From NCBI GenBank assembly GCA_964035545.1, contig OZ037766.1, forward strand, positions 15,862,722 through 15,926,721: a stretch of DNA of 64,000 bases, written 5' to 3'. Of this stretch, positions 1-12,099 are shown one piece after another; positions within the stretch are counted from its first letter, which is position 1, and each line of letters opens with the position of its first letter. The translations under genes were made by a program, and so were the position numbers. This stretch comes from Bugula neritina. Its lineage: Eukaryota > Animalia > Bryozoa. The notes beneath the pieces were generated by a model. That model had not been told where the DNA came from. It saw nothing but the letters and a program-made list of their open reading frames with translations, and did no database searches.

Positions 1-3000
1 GCTCCCCTTTTAACACCTCAAGCAAGAAAGCAGACAGCTAACTTGTCAGCTTCTGCACAAGAAATTCGGTCTACTAATAGCCCCCAAGACAGAGCTTACT
101 CAACAAGTGAAAACTTTCTTAAGCAAAGCCCATACAGTCAACCATAATGGCTTTAATGTTGTGAGTTAACTAGGTCAAAGTTTTATTGTAGCCATGATCT
201 CGCCAAACAAATCTACACCAGAGCTTATCCTTTGTGATGGAAACTTCATTGAACTTCAGAACTAAGAAACAGATTTCAATGCCTTCATAAAATCCGAAGG
301 CCCAAACTAAAAAGGTATGTCAAAGATAAAGCTAAAGAAGCTATGATTGGTCACGTCATTACAAATAGAGAAGGCAAATAAAGATGCCAGAAAAGAGCCC
401 AGTGCCCGGTTTGGCAACCAAAACGTCAACCAAGCTTTGTGAAAAAAGCTAGAAGCTTGAAAAAAGGCAGAGGCAAGACTCACCTGGTCTTCGACGCTAT
501 GACAACTTTCTACTTCCTATTCTGTCAGCAATGATAGATGTGCCAGAGTTTACAATCATTTAACCTGAGACAAGAAAATGAAAGGTTGGCTAGCAAATTC
601 CTCGACAGGATGATTAGACTTTTGGTCAGAAAAGTGAACAATACAAAAAAAGCTGCAGATTGATAGCTAGACTTCAAAACATTTGTCGATTTTGTAGTGG
701 ACCATGCTAATGTTGAAAATAAGTAATTAGAGAAGCTGATTAAAACTGGAAGTAGAGAACAGCCTAATCGATGATCCAAAAGCATAGAGGTTCTATCAAG
801 GCACTATCAACAGCCAACAAAAATGGTTGCGAATGCTGTAAAAAAGTAATCACAAGACAAGCAATTGTTTTGAGTTTGAAAAGCCATATAGTGAGAGAAC
901 CAAGATTTTAGCCAAGCACCGTTTGTGCTTTGCTTGCCTTTCAGATGGTCATAAATCCGGTGATTGCAAAAAACAAGGCCACTGGAAAAAAATTAAATAT
1001 CACCCAAAACTGTTTCACAAAAATCCAGAAGATTGGAACTCCATAAATAGAACTTGAAAAGAGGATGAGAAGAATAAATCTAAAATAAAGAAGTCAGGTG
1101 GATAAAAACAAAACAGCCAAAGCCGAGTACAGAAAGGAGAGGTTTAATGCAGAATGATAAGCATGGTACTACTTACTTATGTATCATCTGGGCAAGAAGA
1201 AAAAGGAGTTTTAACATAAACACTACTAAACACCCAATCTCATGCATGTTTAATTACCAGAGAGTTAGTCGGTCAAATCACACCTTCCTATGATAAAAAA
1301 GAGCTTAGGTACTAGATGCACCATATATAGAGAAACAGGCAACTCAATAAAACAGTACAATAAATGTATAGCTTTGAAGGTGCAACAGCGACAGCTCAAC
1401 TGTACTATCTCCATATGAACAAAAGAAAATCTATCCTGAGAAAGATCAAATCCACATAATAGAGAAGGTAGGCAACCTGGAACACCTAGCAAAATTTATA
1501 TCAAAGACACTTCTTCTCCCTCAGATAAAGGTTAACTTTCTTGTCGCAGCAGACTGCCCAGAAGCCTTGGCTCCGCTGGAGTCAGTCATAAAAAACAAGG
1601 AGAGCTGTTTGCAATACGGAGAGTCTGTGGAAAGTCTGCGGTAAACAAAAACGTGCAAAGGACATGTCTATATAACACCCCAAACACACGTTCATCAACC
1701 ATTGCTGCCTTACAGAAAAACTTTGAGGACCAACAGAGATGGTAATGCAAAGCTCTTTCAGAATGACAAATTGTATGACTATTTTAGATAGTCAGAGCCC
1801 AAGAGCAAAAAATGAATTCTATTTGATGTTATTGCCTTTTAGACAAAAGACAATCCAATAAAAAGCAAGCTAAAAAGCGATTTGAAGTTACCGCAAGAAA
1901 GCTCAACTTAGATAGGACATCAATATACACAATGTTTATAAATTTCTAATTTCCACAGGGCAACTCAAAAGCCCTGGAAAAAATGATATATTTTTCACTT
2001 CACAGTCAAACATCCAAGGAAGTACAAGCAACTTATCGTCTTTGACTGTAGTGCTACTTACACTTGCATGTTTTTCAATGATCACCTGCTACAAGGACCA
2101 CACCACAGGAATATTTTTCTGGGAATTTTGTATAGGTTTCGATGCAAAACCATAGCTGTAGCCTGCAATATAGAGCAAATGCTTTGCAATTTCATTGTGA
2201 AGACCGAAGATAGAGACGACTTACAGCTTTTCTAGACTGAGAATAATCAAATGGGAAAATACAAAATGACTAAATACATTTTTAGAACCCCATCTTCTTC
2301 TGGTGTGATCTATGTAAATTAGTTTCTGAATACAAAATGACTCTAACTAAAAGCAGCATCTTTCACACAAAATGACCTTTATGTTGAGGATGGGTTAACA
2401 AAAACATCAACTCCAAAAGATGCAACGGGTCTGATATCTCCAGTCCGAGAGATTTGTGCTCAGGGAAACCCTAGACTTCACAAATTTACCCTAAATAAAA
2501 AAGAAATTTTATGAGTTGTGCCAGAAAGCAAAAGAAGCACAACTGGCATTGACTTGTTCTTTGAAGAGCTGCCAGCACAAAAAAACACTAGGTCTTGTGC
2601 GGCCTGTAGAGTCGGACTCAATCAAGTTCAAAAATACAATGACACCAAAGTCAGCTACCAATAGAGGACTATTGTCTGTTGTCTTTCAATACTATGGTCC
2701 AATCAAAGTACTGGCTCCCTTCACCTTCGAAGACGAGAACCTACTGCAGAAAGCAAACAAGTCTGGCCTAGACTGGAATGAAAAATAGATGCATATTTCG
2801 AATCCTGCTAGAAGAGATGAGCCCAACAACAAAATATATTAGATATTATCACTATACCCAGATGTATTAAAGCAGTCAGTTAAAAAAATCGCTAGAATGG
2901 AGTCTCATCATTTTTCAATGCTAGCTTCAAAGGGTATGGAGCACGTTCTCACTGAGACAGAAACATCATGGAAGGGAACTGAGAACAGAAAATAGAATTC

Positions 3001-3183
3001 TACATACTGCTGGAGCATCATGTTAAGAATCTTAGTTGTGGTAGGCAGAGCAGCTTTTGCATCACCCAGGATACCTATAACAAAGCTCTCCAAACAATAC
3101 AACTACTAAAGGGGATGTAGTGTCTGAAGGAAATCAGTTCAAGTTCTGAGCTCTCAAAAAATTCAAGCTTCAAAAAATTGGAT
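1..3183 (+). mobile_element. Decayed BEL/Pao LTR retrotransposon internal region (gag-pol remnants with many stops and frameshifts)
   Basis: Motifs in shifting frames: gag Zn knuckle LCFACLSDGHKSGDCK (~923-970); RT HPRK..LIVFDCSATY...FNDHLLQGP (~2011-2100); NDLYVEDGL, a YVDD-like catalytic motif (~2371-2397); TNRGLLSVVFQYYGPIKVLAPF, resembling Pao TRRGILS..YDPLG.LAPF (ORF 2516-2788); SKNSSFKKLDP (~3150-3186). No LTR seen and the left boundary is uncertain. Confidence 0.85.
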
Positions 3184-3204
3184 CCAGGAAGATACTCTAC
3201 TGTA

Positions 3205-4746
3205 TGAAGACATCATCTCCTGTTGTGCCCTAAGATCGATATTTTTAGCACCATAAAACGGTATGTTCTGTTTAATTTTCCTATAACACTTGAAGAATAC
3301 TTGTTGAGTGTATTTTAAAATAAAACTTCCCTTAATGATTTTTTACCACACCATTAAGGCGTTTTATATTTTATTGTAAAAGTTGGCTCATTTTTTGCAT
3401 TTATATGAGGGTCAGCCAATAAGTAGTGAGAATTTTGTCATAGATTTTGTTCTATTTTACCTAGCAATTCAATATTTTAAAACTTCTATAAATGGGATTT
3501 GCCATGACAGATCCAAAATTTCATCATTTTAGTGATTCAACTTTTTATATTCTTTAAATTCCAAATGGCCACCAAGCTGAGAAAATGCACTCATAGAGCA
3601 AAGAGCTGTTATAAGATTTTTGACAGCTGAAGGTGTCAGAGCAAGTGTTATACAAGTAGAATGAAAGAACAATATGGGGAAAACTTTATATCACAAACAA
3701 GCTGCTATAGGTGGGTTCATGAATTCAAGAATGAGCGAGAAGACATTACTGATGAGCCAGGAAATGTTAGGCAAGTGGATGTTTCAGCTCCTGACACAGT
3801 AGCTAAAGTGGAAAAGCTGATTAAATCTGATAGGAGACTGACTATTGATGATGTTGCTGAGACCATCGACATTTCATATGGAACTGCGCACAATATTGTC
3901 CATGAGAAGCTAGACTTGCTGACTGATGTGCACAAAGCCCAGCGTCTTATGGCTGCCAGAGAGTGCATGAGATGACTCAGACGGGAAGGGAATGTTTTCC
4001 TATCTACGATTATAACCACAGATGAAATCTGGGTGTATCATTACGAACCGGAATCAAAAAGACAATCAATGGAGTGGAAGCACCGCAGCCTCTCCTGTAA
4101 AGAAGTTCAAGTCACAAAGGACAACATGAAAGGTAATGCTTACAGTATTTTAGGATAAAAAAGGTCCTATAACTTTGAACTTTAAGAGCCAAGGTAACAC
4201 TATGGACTCTGAAAACTACTGTGAGCTCTTGACTGTAGTTAAGCAAGACATAAGAAGCAAGAGACGAAGCCTCCAGGCTTAAGTTGTCGTGTTGTACTAG
4301 GACAATGCTCGCCCACATACTGCTGCACAAACAATGGCCAAAATTGAAGAATTGAGTTAGGAGGTGTTAGTACACCCTCCTTATAATCCAGATTTGGCCC
4401 CAGTGATTCCCATTTTTGGGCCAATAAAGTGCCACATAAGAAGCAAGCACTTCACTGCTGATGCAGCGGTCATTGAAGCCGTGCGCAACTGGTTCCGAAC
4501 CCAGCTGCCGGAATTCTATTCTGCAGGAATTGAGAACCTTGTAGGAAGGTGGAACAAGTGCATAGAAAAAGAAGGGGACTATGTTGAAAAAGGAAAAAAA
4601 TTGTTAAGCTTTATCTTATTCTAATAAAAAGTTATAACAAAACTCCCACTACTTATCGACTGACCCTTGTATATTTTCAACTGCCACTCGAGGGTGGGAA
4701 AATCTAACCGAGACAAAGCATGGGAGGAAACCAAGAGCAACTACTA
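3205..4746 (+). mobile_element. Fragment (copy 1) of an intron-containing Ginger/KRBA2-like integrase element, interrupted by the mariner
   Basis: 3205-3405 plus 4670-4746 align by eye to 6525-6800. Joining IFSTIKR (GTATGT donor at 3261) to CHSRVGKSNRDKAWEETKSNY gives the N-terminal part of an integrase H2C2 zinc-binding region. Confidence 0.65.
3406..4669 (+). mobile_element. Full-length mariner (D,D34D type) DNA transposon with a pseudogenised transposase
   Basis: ~37-bp imperfect TIRs TGAGGGTCAGCCAATAAGTAGTGAGAATTTTGTCATA / TATAACAAAACTCCCACTACTTATCGACTGACCCTTG; TA duplications at 3404-3405 and 4670-4671; HTH region (ORF 3661-3975); TTDEIWVYHYEPESKRQSMEW, DNARPH, HPPYNPDLAP, RWNKCIEKEGDYVEK; stops and frameshifts. 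Confidence 0.95.
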
Positions 4747-4792
4747 CATGATGATATCATCCCATTCTAGTATTAAGCTGTTGACAAGGAAT

Positions 4793-4993
4793 ACTGAGAC
4801 AGTAACATCATTGAGGAAAACTAAGAACAAAAATAAAATTCTGGAGCAACATATCAAGAATCTTAGTTTTGCATCACCCAGGACACCTACAATAAAGCCC
4901 TCAGACAATACAACTACCAAAGGGGATGAAGTGCCTGAAGAAAGTCAGTTCAAGTTCTGAGCTCTCAAAAAACTCCAGTTTCAAAAAATTAGA
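4793..4993 (+). repeat. Second copy of BEL/Pao pol segment 2951-3183
   Basis: Clear alignment, e.g. TTTTGCATCACCCAGGA and CAGTTCAAGTTCTGAGCTCTCAAAAAA in both copies; both end at AAAAAATT(G/A)GAT. Confidence 0.85.
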
Positions 4994-4994
4994 T

Positions 4995-6524
4995 AGCACT
5001 GATATTCATTATACATTATATCATTGAGGAAATACACTTGTATTTCATTAAAATAAATTGTGATTTGCTCCTTTCCTCCACTATCTTGTCCTCTAGCCAC
5101 AAACCTCAGCCACTGGGCGTTGCTGTTTATTCTCAGCTAAAGAGATATTACAACATGGTGCATGCAACTCATGACAGCTACAAAACCTCTTGCAATTCAT
5201 AAAACTAAAAAAAAAATTAGTAAAGCCTTCTCTAGAGCAATGGTGCCATCAAATATGGTTTATGAAGCACAAGAATTTATATTTTTGATCAGCACATTTT
5301 TCCAAATGACAAGTTCTACCAATCGTTCATCCCTGTCTAGCCTCCTTCTGATTAGCCTAATGTTGATTTTCTGCCCACTAGCATGGATGGTACTTCTACA
5401 TTACCTCTACAGCGGCTAACGAAGCTAACAATGTGCTAAATCAACTATCCCCAAATTCCAGCAGCAATGCATCAACATCTATGGTTGTGGCAGACACTAT
5501 ACTAACCCTGAATAAATTTGCCCCTTCTCTAAAGCAAGTCTAGAAAAACCACTCAGCACTACAAATGTCATTCTACCTGCATTTGACTGATACCTCGGTG
5601 AAGACAAGACTCTGAATTTAGCTGAAAAAATAACATTGCAAATGCACAAAAAAGCTCCTAAAAATGGAAACGCATGTCCATATAGTAACTGACAAAATTG
5701 TGTAAAAACATGCAGCAAGTTATTACTTTTATCAGTTTTATGCTCTTTTTTGCAATAGCCAGTGTGAAATATGACCGTGATACGCTTTTGGTGGTGAATT
5801 TTCTTATTATAGGTAAAGGCAAAGCAAACATTCTCAGAGCAGTTTAGCAATGAGACTAATGGAAAGAAGAAATATCAGCTTGTAAAAGCACATGAGTCAG
5901 ACATTGATGACTGAATAAGCAAAAATATAAACGAGTGTCTCCTAGATGACATTCCTACAAGTGCTTCCATTTTAAATGCTGGAGATTGCATCTTAGCTGC
6001 AGTTCATAGAAAAAAGTCCACTCGGGATTTTGTAGTACATGTTACTAACGTTTTTCTGGTAAAAATTTCTTTGAAGTAGAATTTATGCTTAAAAAGAGAA
6101 AAAAAAACATTATAGTTTCAAAAACTAATGATAATGGCAACGTAGAAACGAGTGATGTGCGTTTGATTTTGCCGCCCTCTGCTATCTGTAGTGGCACAAA
6201 CTGTACAGCTAAAACATGACTTTTGCTGTAGATTTAAAAGAGTATTTTTAATTACTTGTGTATTAAATAAATACAAATCAGATGCAACCAAATCAGAAGT
6301 TTGATATATCTATTATGCTCCACCCAGTGACTCATTGTACCCCGATTTTTTGGTCATAGAAATTTCTTTCTTATGAAAGTTGTGGAAGAGATAGAAACAA
6401 CAAACTGATACCTATAATAGACAACTGGTGTAGAGGTTAGACTAGAGATCATTGAATTTTCAACTTCACAAACAAATAAGAGTAAAAAATTAAAAGTTTT
6501 GCCCATTGTGGCTCGGTTACCTCC
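4995..6524 (+). mobile_element. 5'-truncated, decayed pogo/Tigger-like (DDE-1) DNA transposon with its right end
   Basis: SHKPQPLGVAVYSQLKRYYN (~5095-5155) resembles the DDE-1 H.LQPLD motif; also AFSRAMVPSNM, TNPE*ICPFSKA and C-terminal GDCILAAV..EVEFM..LILPP. 6341-6524 is the reverse complement of the left part of the MITE at 10637-11366 and ends in a TIR-like CATTGTGGCTCGGTTACCT. Confidence 0.7.
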
Positions 6525-7792
6525 AAGAAAATATCATCTTCTGTTGCGCCCAAAGAAGATCAATATTTTTGACACCATAAAACGATGTGTCGTGTTTAAT
6601 CTTCCTGTAACAGTAGTAGAAAAGTTTTTCGGCTGTATTTCTAAATAATACTTTTCTTAATGATGTTTTACCGCAGCATTAGAGTTTAATAATTTATTGT
6701 AAAAGTTGGTTCATTTCTTGCATTTATATATTGTCAGCTGCCACTTGATAGTGGGCCAATCTGACCAAGACAACATGGGAGGAAACCGAGAGCAACTACT
6801 CTGTCGAGGAATTCGTCATGAAATCATCTCATTATTTCTCAGCACATGCGAAAATGCTATACCTGCATTCCTATAGAGAAACCACCTGCAAAGAAATCAA
6901 TCATTGTCTTAGATTACATGCCAAGAATGCAGATTGATATGATCGACATGACTAACGACATGACTAACGGCCAGATAAGGAATACAAGTGGATACTGTCC
7001 ATGCGAGACCACTTCAACAAGTTCAGTTGGACTCATTCCTCGACACCCAAACATGCTGCAGGCCCTCTGTCTGTTTGGAGCACCACGTATCCTGCAGTCT
7101 GAGAATGGAAATGAGTTTATTGTTGAAGTGATCAATGCACTCACCCAAGTCCAAGAGAGCTTACTACACAATATCAAAGGCTGTTTGCATCAGAAAAATA
7201 GCACACTTCATACTTTGAGATCTTTCCAAAGTTGACAAGTTTGTAAAATCGTTTAATGTGAACTTCAAAGAGATCAAATAGAGATACTTTCCAACTCTCT
7301 CACCATCACAGTAAGTCTCTCGTCCAACGATCGTTCTATGATGAGGCTATTCTGCAAATATCTTGAAGAATGTTTTGATTTTGAAGAATATAAGGGGGGT
7401 CAAAGGCAAAGGCATTGCCAACCAGACATTAAGCTTTCACTGCTTTTAACAGCTATATGCAAAAAGCCTAAATAGCTGCTCACCAAGCTAAAAGCACGGT
7501 GTAATGAAAAGACATAAGATACCTTTTCATATAGATGCAAGTGCGGGGATCCAATTTCATGAAATTTGCTGCAGGAAAAACCTACTACACATTGTGTGGT
7601 GTCTGTAGTGCAAAAGTTTATTAGGTAATTTTTATGATATTTCGTTTAATTTTACTGCTCACCTACAGGCTACATCATCTGCTTTGCAGGAAGAAGATTA
7701 CTTTAATATAAACACCAGAGTGCAAAAACTCAATCACTATCAATTAAAAATGTGAATTAAAACTAAAAAAGTGGGTCGTCTGAATGGTAACA
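6525..7792 (+). mobile_element. Decayed Ginger/KRBA2-like integrase element (copy 2) with H2C2 and rve integrase core
   Basis: IFDTIKR/CH..VG; CYTC; RMQIDMIDM; EYKWILSMRDHFNKFSW; LFGAPRILQSENGNEF (rve, like GAP.ILQSDNG.EF); Cys-rich tail at ~7535-7615; candidate terminus ...GTCGTCTGAATGGTAACA at 7792 (TGT...ACA type; inferred). Confidence 0.7.
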
Positions 7793-8086
7793 AGCCAATT
7801 GCATCAAATCCAAATCAGCTTTCCAAAATTGCAGTTCTAACATGTTGTGCCTACATGAAATCAGTCTAAAATCTGCACACAACAGCTTATTCTAGGCTAG
7901 ACTGAGTCTCAGCACACAGTCCATGTGGGGAATCCACAGCATGCAGCCTCACCCTAAGTGTTTGGCTTAAAGTCTGCAGGTATTAATATTTGCTGTATTA
8001 GCTGGCAAAAACTAATTAATTGCACAATATAAGGCGAGAAGGCACATAGTGGAAAAAAGAATATATTTACACCGAGAAAACATTTG

Positions 8087-11000
8087 CTACATCCTATGAA
8101 CATTTTCATTAAGATTCTGTTTCATAAATCGGTCACCACGGGTGCATGCTACACTTTGCATTATGATGGGCAAAACACATACAATTATACCATAGCCCAG
8201 CAAAAATATTGTCATTACTCTGATTCCCAATATTTCAACAAAATGGCCAAAGGTTGGCAGAAATGAGAGGTCAGATATACCAGAAGCAATTGAAGGTACC
8301 ATAACTCCAGTAGCAGTCAGAATTATATAGCGGTTAGTCCAAGCAACTCCTGAGGGGTAAATTGGACCAGTAAAAAGCCCAAAACAACTTACAAATAGCC
8401 ACAGAGCGGTGTGGTTATCACTGTAGAAAAACAGAACTAAAGCACTAATTAAATTCCCCACACCTTCAATAAAAATAACATACTTCATATGAATCAAACT
8501 ACTAACTAGACAGCCTAGTGTTCGACCAACTGTATGAAATACCCAATAATTTGTCAGAAGGTTTTCAGCTTTACTTGGGCTGAAGCAAGCTTGATTTCTT
8601 GCATAGGAATAAAGATATTTGCCTATAATCCTTTCACCACTAGTTGCTATGTAACACCACAAAAAAAGTAGCACATAAATGAAAAAGGCAAAAATTGGAT
8701 CACCAGGAGCACAAACATTGAAGTTGAAAGTGTCTCTGATTGATCTCTTACTTTTTTTCTTATGATAATTATTTGAAACTTTATCTAACTTATTTTTAAA
8801 TAAATAAAAAAGGAGCCAGATAAAAGCTACTACAGTCACAATCGCTGTAATAATAAAAAACCCATATTTTAGATTAGAGGTTTCAGAGAGAGAGCTTGCA
8901 TGTGGGTTTATTGTTACATTAGATAGTGTCGAATCATTCCTATTTATGACATCAAATGTAAAGTTAGTGAAAGGTGGAGTTATCATCACTTCACAATCAA
9001 AATTGGTAATTGTCTTCTCATTCACAGGAAGTTTCTTACTGATAAAAGACTTCACAATTTGAGGGACGATAAAGCCACCAACCCCATATCCAATGTGAAC
9101 ACTGTGAAGAGGTCCACTGGCTTTCTCTTTCCCAATACCCATGATAATTATTTGACCAGCTGTAATAAAAATAATAATAATATATAGATGGTGTACACAC
9201 AAGAAGTATAAGTCAATATCTCACATTTATACTCAACTACATTTTTAGCTTGCCCCAACCCCTATATTTTAGCAGCGATTACAAACATATTGGAATAGAA
9301 ATTAACATAAGCTTTATTTTACATTAAAAACTAGAACATATTTGAGAATTCCTATAAAAAATATCTCACCAACATTTAAGAGAACATCCGCCCAACCTAG
9401 TATAGCATTAATTATGCCATACACAACGACATAACGGCAGAATGGAATAACTGAGTTTAACCCAGCTGAAACCATCACACATACTACTAGGATAAGTTCA
9501 CTTTTGTGGTGAAGTCTTTCCACTATGTATCCCCCACCTGAAAATGGAAAGTGATAGCATAATATAATATTATTGTGTAGCATATGTTATCTTAAAAATC
9601 TTATTTTCAAGTTATTTTACTCACTAATATTACCTTTGCTCTGATTATTTATTATATTTTATACATGTCCTATAGAATGTGAGTTCACATTTTTAGATGA
9701 TATTGTCAACATAACTGTTTATTGAAGAGCTGAAAACATAGAAACAACACATAAAACATTCTCAACATTCAAGCTACTGAGAAAAACTATGGAGTGATGT
9801 TTTACCCAGAAAGCATCCACATAAGCCACCAACACCTTTCATAGATATAGCTTGAGACAGAGCACCATAGTTTGAGTTTGTTAGGGACATCAGATCTTGA
9901 AATGTTGCTCCATTTACTTCTGACCACAAGCCCTGTGCAACAGTAGGCTATTCATGTAAAATACTTCGTAACATTACTTATCATTCTGGTATTATCTCCA
10001 CAATATTGTGTTCTATTGCAATGTTTCTATAACAAGTCATAACCTTACCATACAAAACCAAATTAGTATAACACAAAATGTTTTCATCATTTTATACATC
10101 ATTGAGATTTGCTTTTCCTCAGGTGGATCATCGTTTGGTTCATTTTCATCAAATCTCTGTTCAAGCTGCAGAAACGGCGCCTGTATAGCAAAAACCACAG
10201 GCTTGTTGTTTATATTTCAATTTATCACTTATCAACATCAATTACTAGTGGCATAAATAAATGAATATGAAAATCGTTTGTTTAAACTTTAAAACATTCC
10301 TTTTTTCTCTCTATACAACCAATCAATATAAGCAAATAAGTTAAAACTACAATCAAAATCACATAGTGGTGTTTATTGCTGTAAAGGATTTGCTCTGAAG
10401 ATGAGTTCAGGCTAAATTCTGATAATTTTCTGTAATAAAAGTATTTCTTGAAAATGTTCCATCATAGCAGTTTCATGAAATTAATTCACTTCTTCTTAAC
10501 AGTTATTTGGTATATTATTAGATCGTTATTAAACACATCATTAAAAGTAAAATCATTGCAGAATTTTTAAATTGTATTGGCAAAAGTGAAAGCTTATGTA
10601 TTGAAAAATAAAACAAATAGCAATATATTTGAAATAGGGGTAACAGGGGGGGGGGGGAGGGGAGTGCTCTCATTCGTCTATTTTTTAAGTTACTAGTTTA
10701 ATAATCTCTAGTCTTAATGCTGCATCTGTTGTCTATTACAGGTATCAGTTTGTTGTTTCTATTTCTCTCACAACTTTCAGAATAATGAAATTTCCATGAC
10801 GAAAAAATCGGCACATTTTTGTAGTTTTGTAGTCTTACCATGATGTCTTTGATATTTTACAAAAAGGTCATAAATGGCTATATCTATAGATTTTAGTAAC
10901 ATTTCAACCAACTTTTTGGGCAAACAAACTAATAACAGTGATCAGGGTGCAATAATCAGGTGGCCCAATGTGCCCCGGTCAGCGTGGCTCATTGTGCCCC

Positions 11001-11466
11001 GTGTGGCCAAATTGAAAATAAATGTGCCTCAAGGAAAATTTATTTTAGAGTTTGCTGTTATACTAGTTAAGCAATGTAGAGACAAGCAATGGCAACAATA
11101 TCAGTAAAGTCTAGGCTTGTTGCCTTTGAGTGTAAAAAGTTATAAAGCTTTAATGACATCTTAGAAAATTTAGAAAAAGTAGGTAAAAACAGTTTTTTAC
11201 TCGCCTTTTTAACACGTATGTTCCGCAAGTGTTGAAACCACAATGGCTGAATAATTATGTCAATACCTGTTTATGAAAAAAATCACAACTCTAAGTCAAC
11301 AAGTTCTCTCACAATTTGGCCGGCTTTTTGTACCCCTATGACCGTTGTGCCCCCCCCCGTTACCCCTACTAATAATGCAGTTTGGATTCAACTGGAAATT
11401 TGTATAATAATGAATATTTACCTCTTCCTCAATCTCTTGTAGCTTGTAAGACTCCATTGCTTTCAT
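8087..11466 (-). CDS. MFS transporter, MFSD4/sodium-dependent glucose transporter 1 (NaGLT1)-like, paralog 1 (~514 aa, 5 coding exons)
   Basis: Phase-consistent GT-AG exons 11466-11422, 10180-10049, 9932-9806, 9537-9370 and 9159-8087. Motifs GLWSEVNGATFQDL, SGPLHSVHIGYGVGGFIVPQI, YWVFHTVGR, GPIYPSGVAW; many hydrophobic helices. Confidence 0.85.
10637..11366. mobile_element. Non-autonomous pogo-like MITE in intron 1 of MFS paralog 1
   Basis: TA|GGGGTAAC...GTTACCCC|TA termini; internal TGTGCCCC motif repeated; shares ~150 bp with the end of the DDE-1 element at 6341-6524. Confidence 0.8.
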
Positions 11467-12099
11467 ACTGAATCACTGGCTACGCTTCAAGAGTATTTTC
11501 TTTAAAGTCATTCTCAAACTTTCTCTGTTTATAAACAATGATAATAAATTAAAACAAGATTATCCCATAAATAACTGCCACTGCATTTTAAATGTAAATA
11601 AAATCTATTGGAGAAGCCTTGCATGTCATTAGAAACTATAGGTTGACAACTTACATAAAAACTTCAAAGCTGCTTAATTGCATAACTATTGATACTTATA
11701 TAATAATATAGTTAAATAATAGTTGAAAATAACATAAAATATTAAAATTTTCAGGAAAAATATGTAGAAAAATTATCCTATTCAAACATGTTTTTTGTAT
11801 TTTTATATCCCTATATATTATATAAATTACAAAAATTGTAATATTTATATTACATATCCATACTACCTAGTGAAGTTACTTTTTTCTTAGAGAAGAGAGG
11901 ACAACTTTTCCATTTCACTGAAACTAATGTAAAATGACAAATTATTAAATTGATAAAGCATTTAAAACACAAAAATAACACATAAAATCAGCAAAATAAT
12001 ACTCACAAACCTAAACAACAAACTACTCAAACGCAATTTTATAATTCTTACAACTTCTAAACCGTTTTTATCTATTCAGGTAAGACTGATACACTTTAG

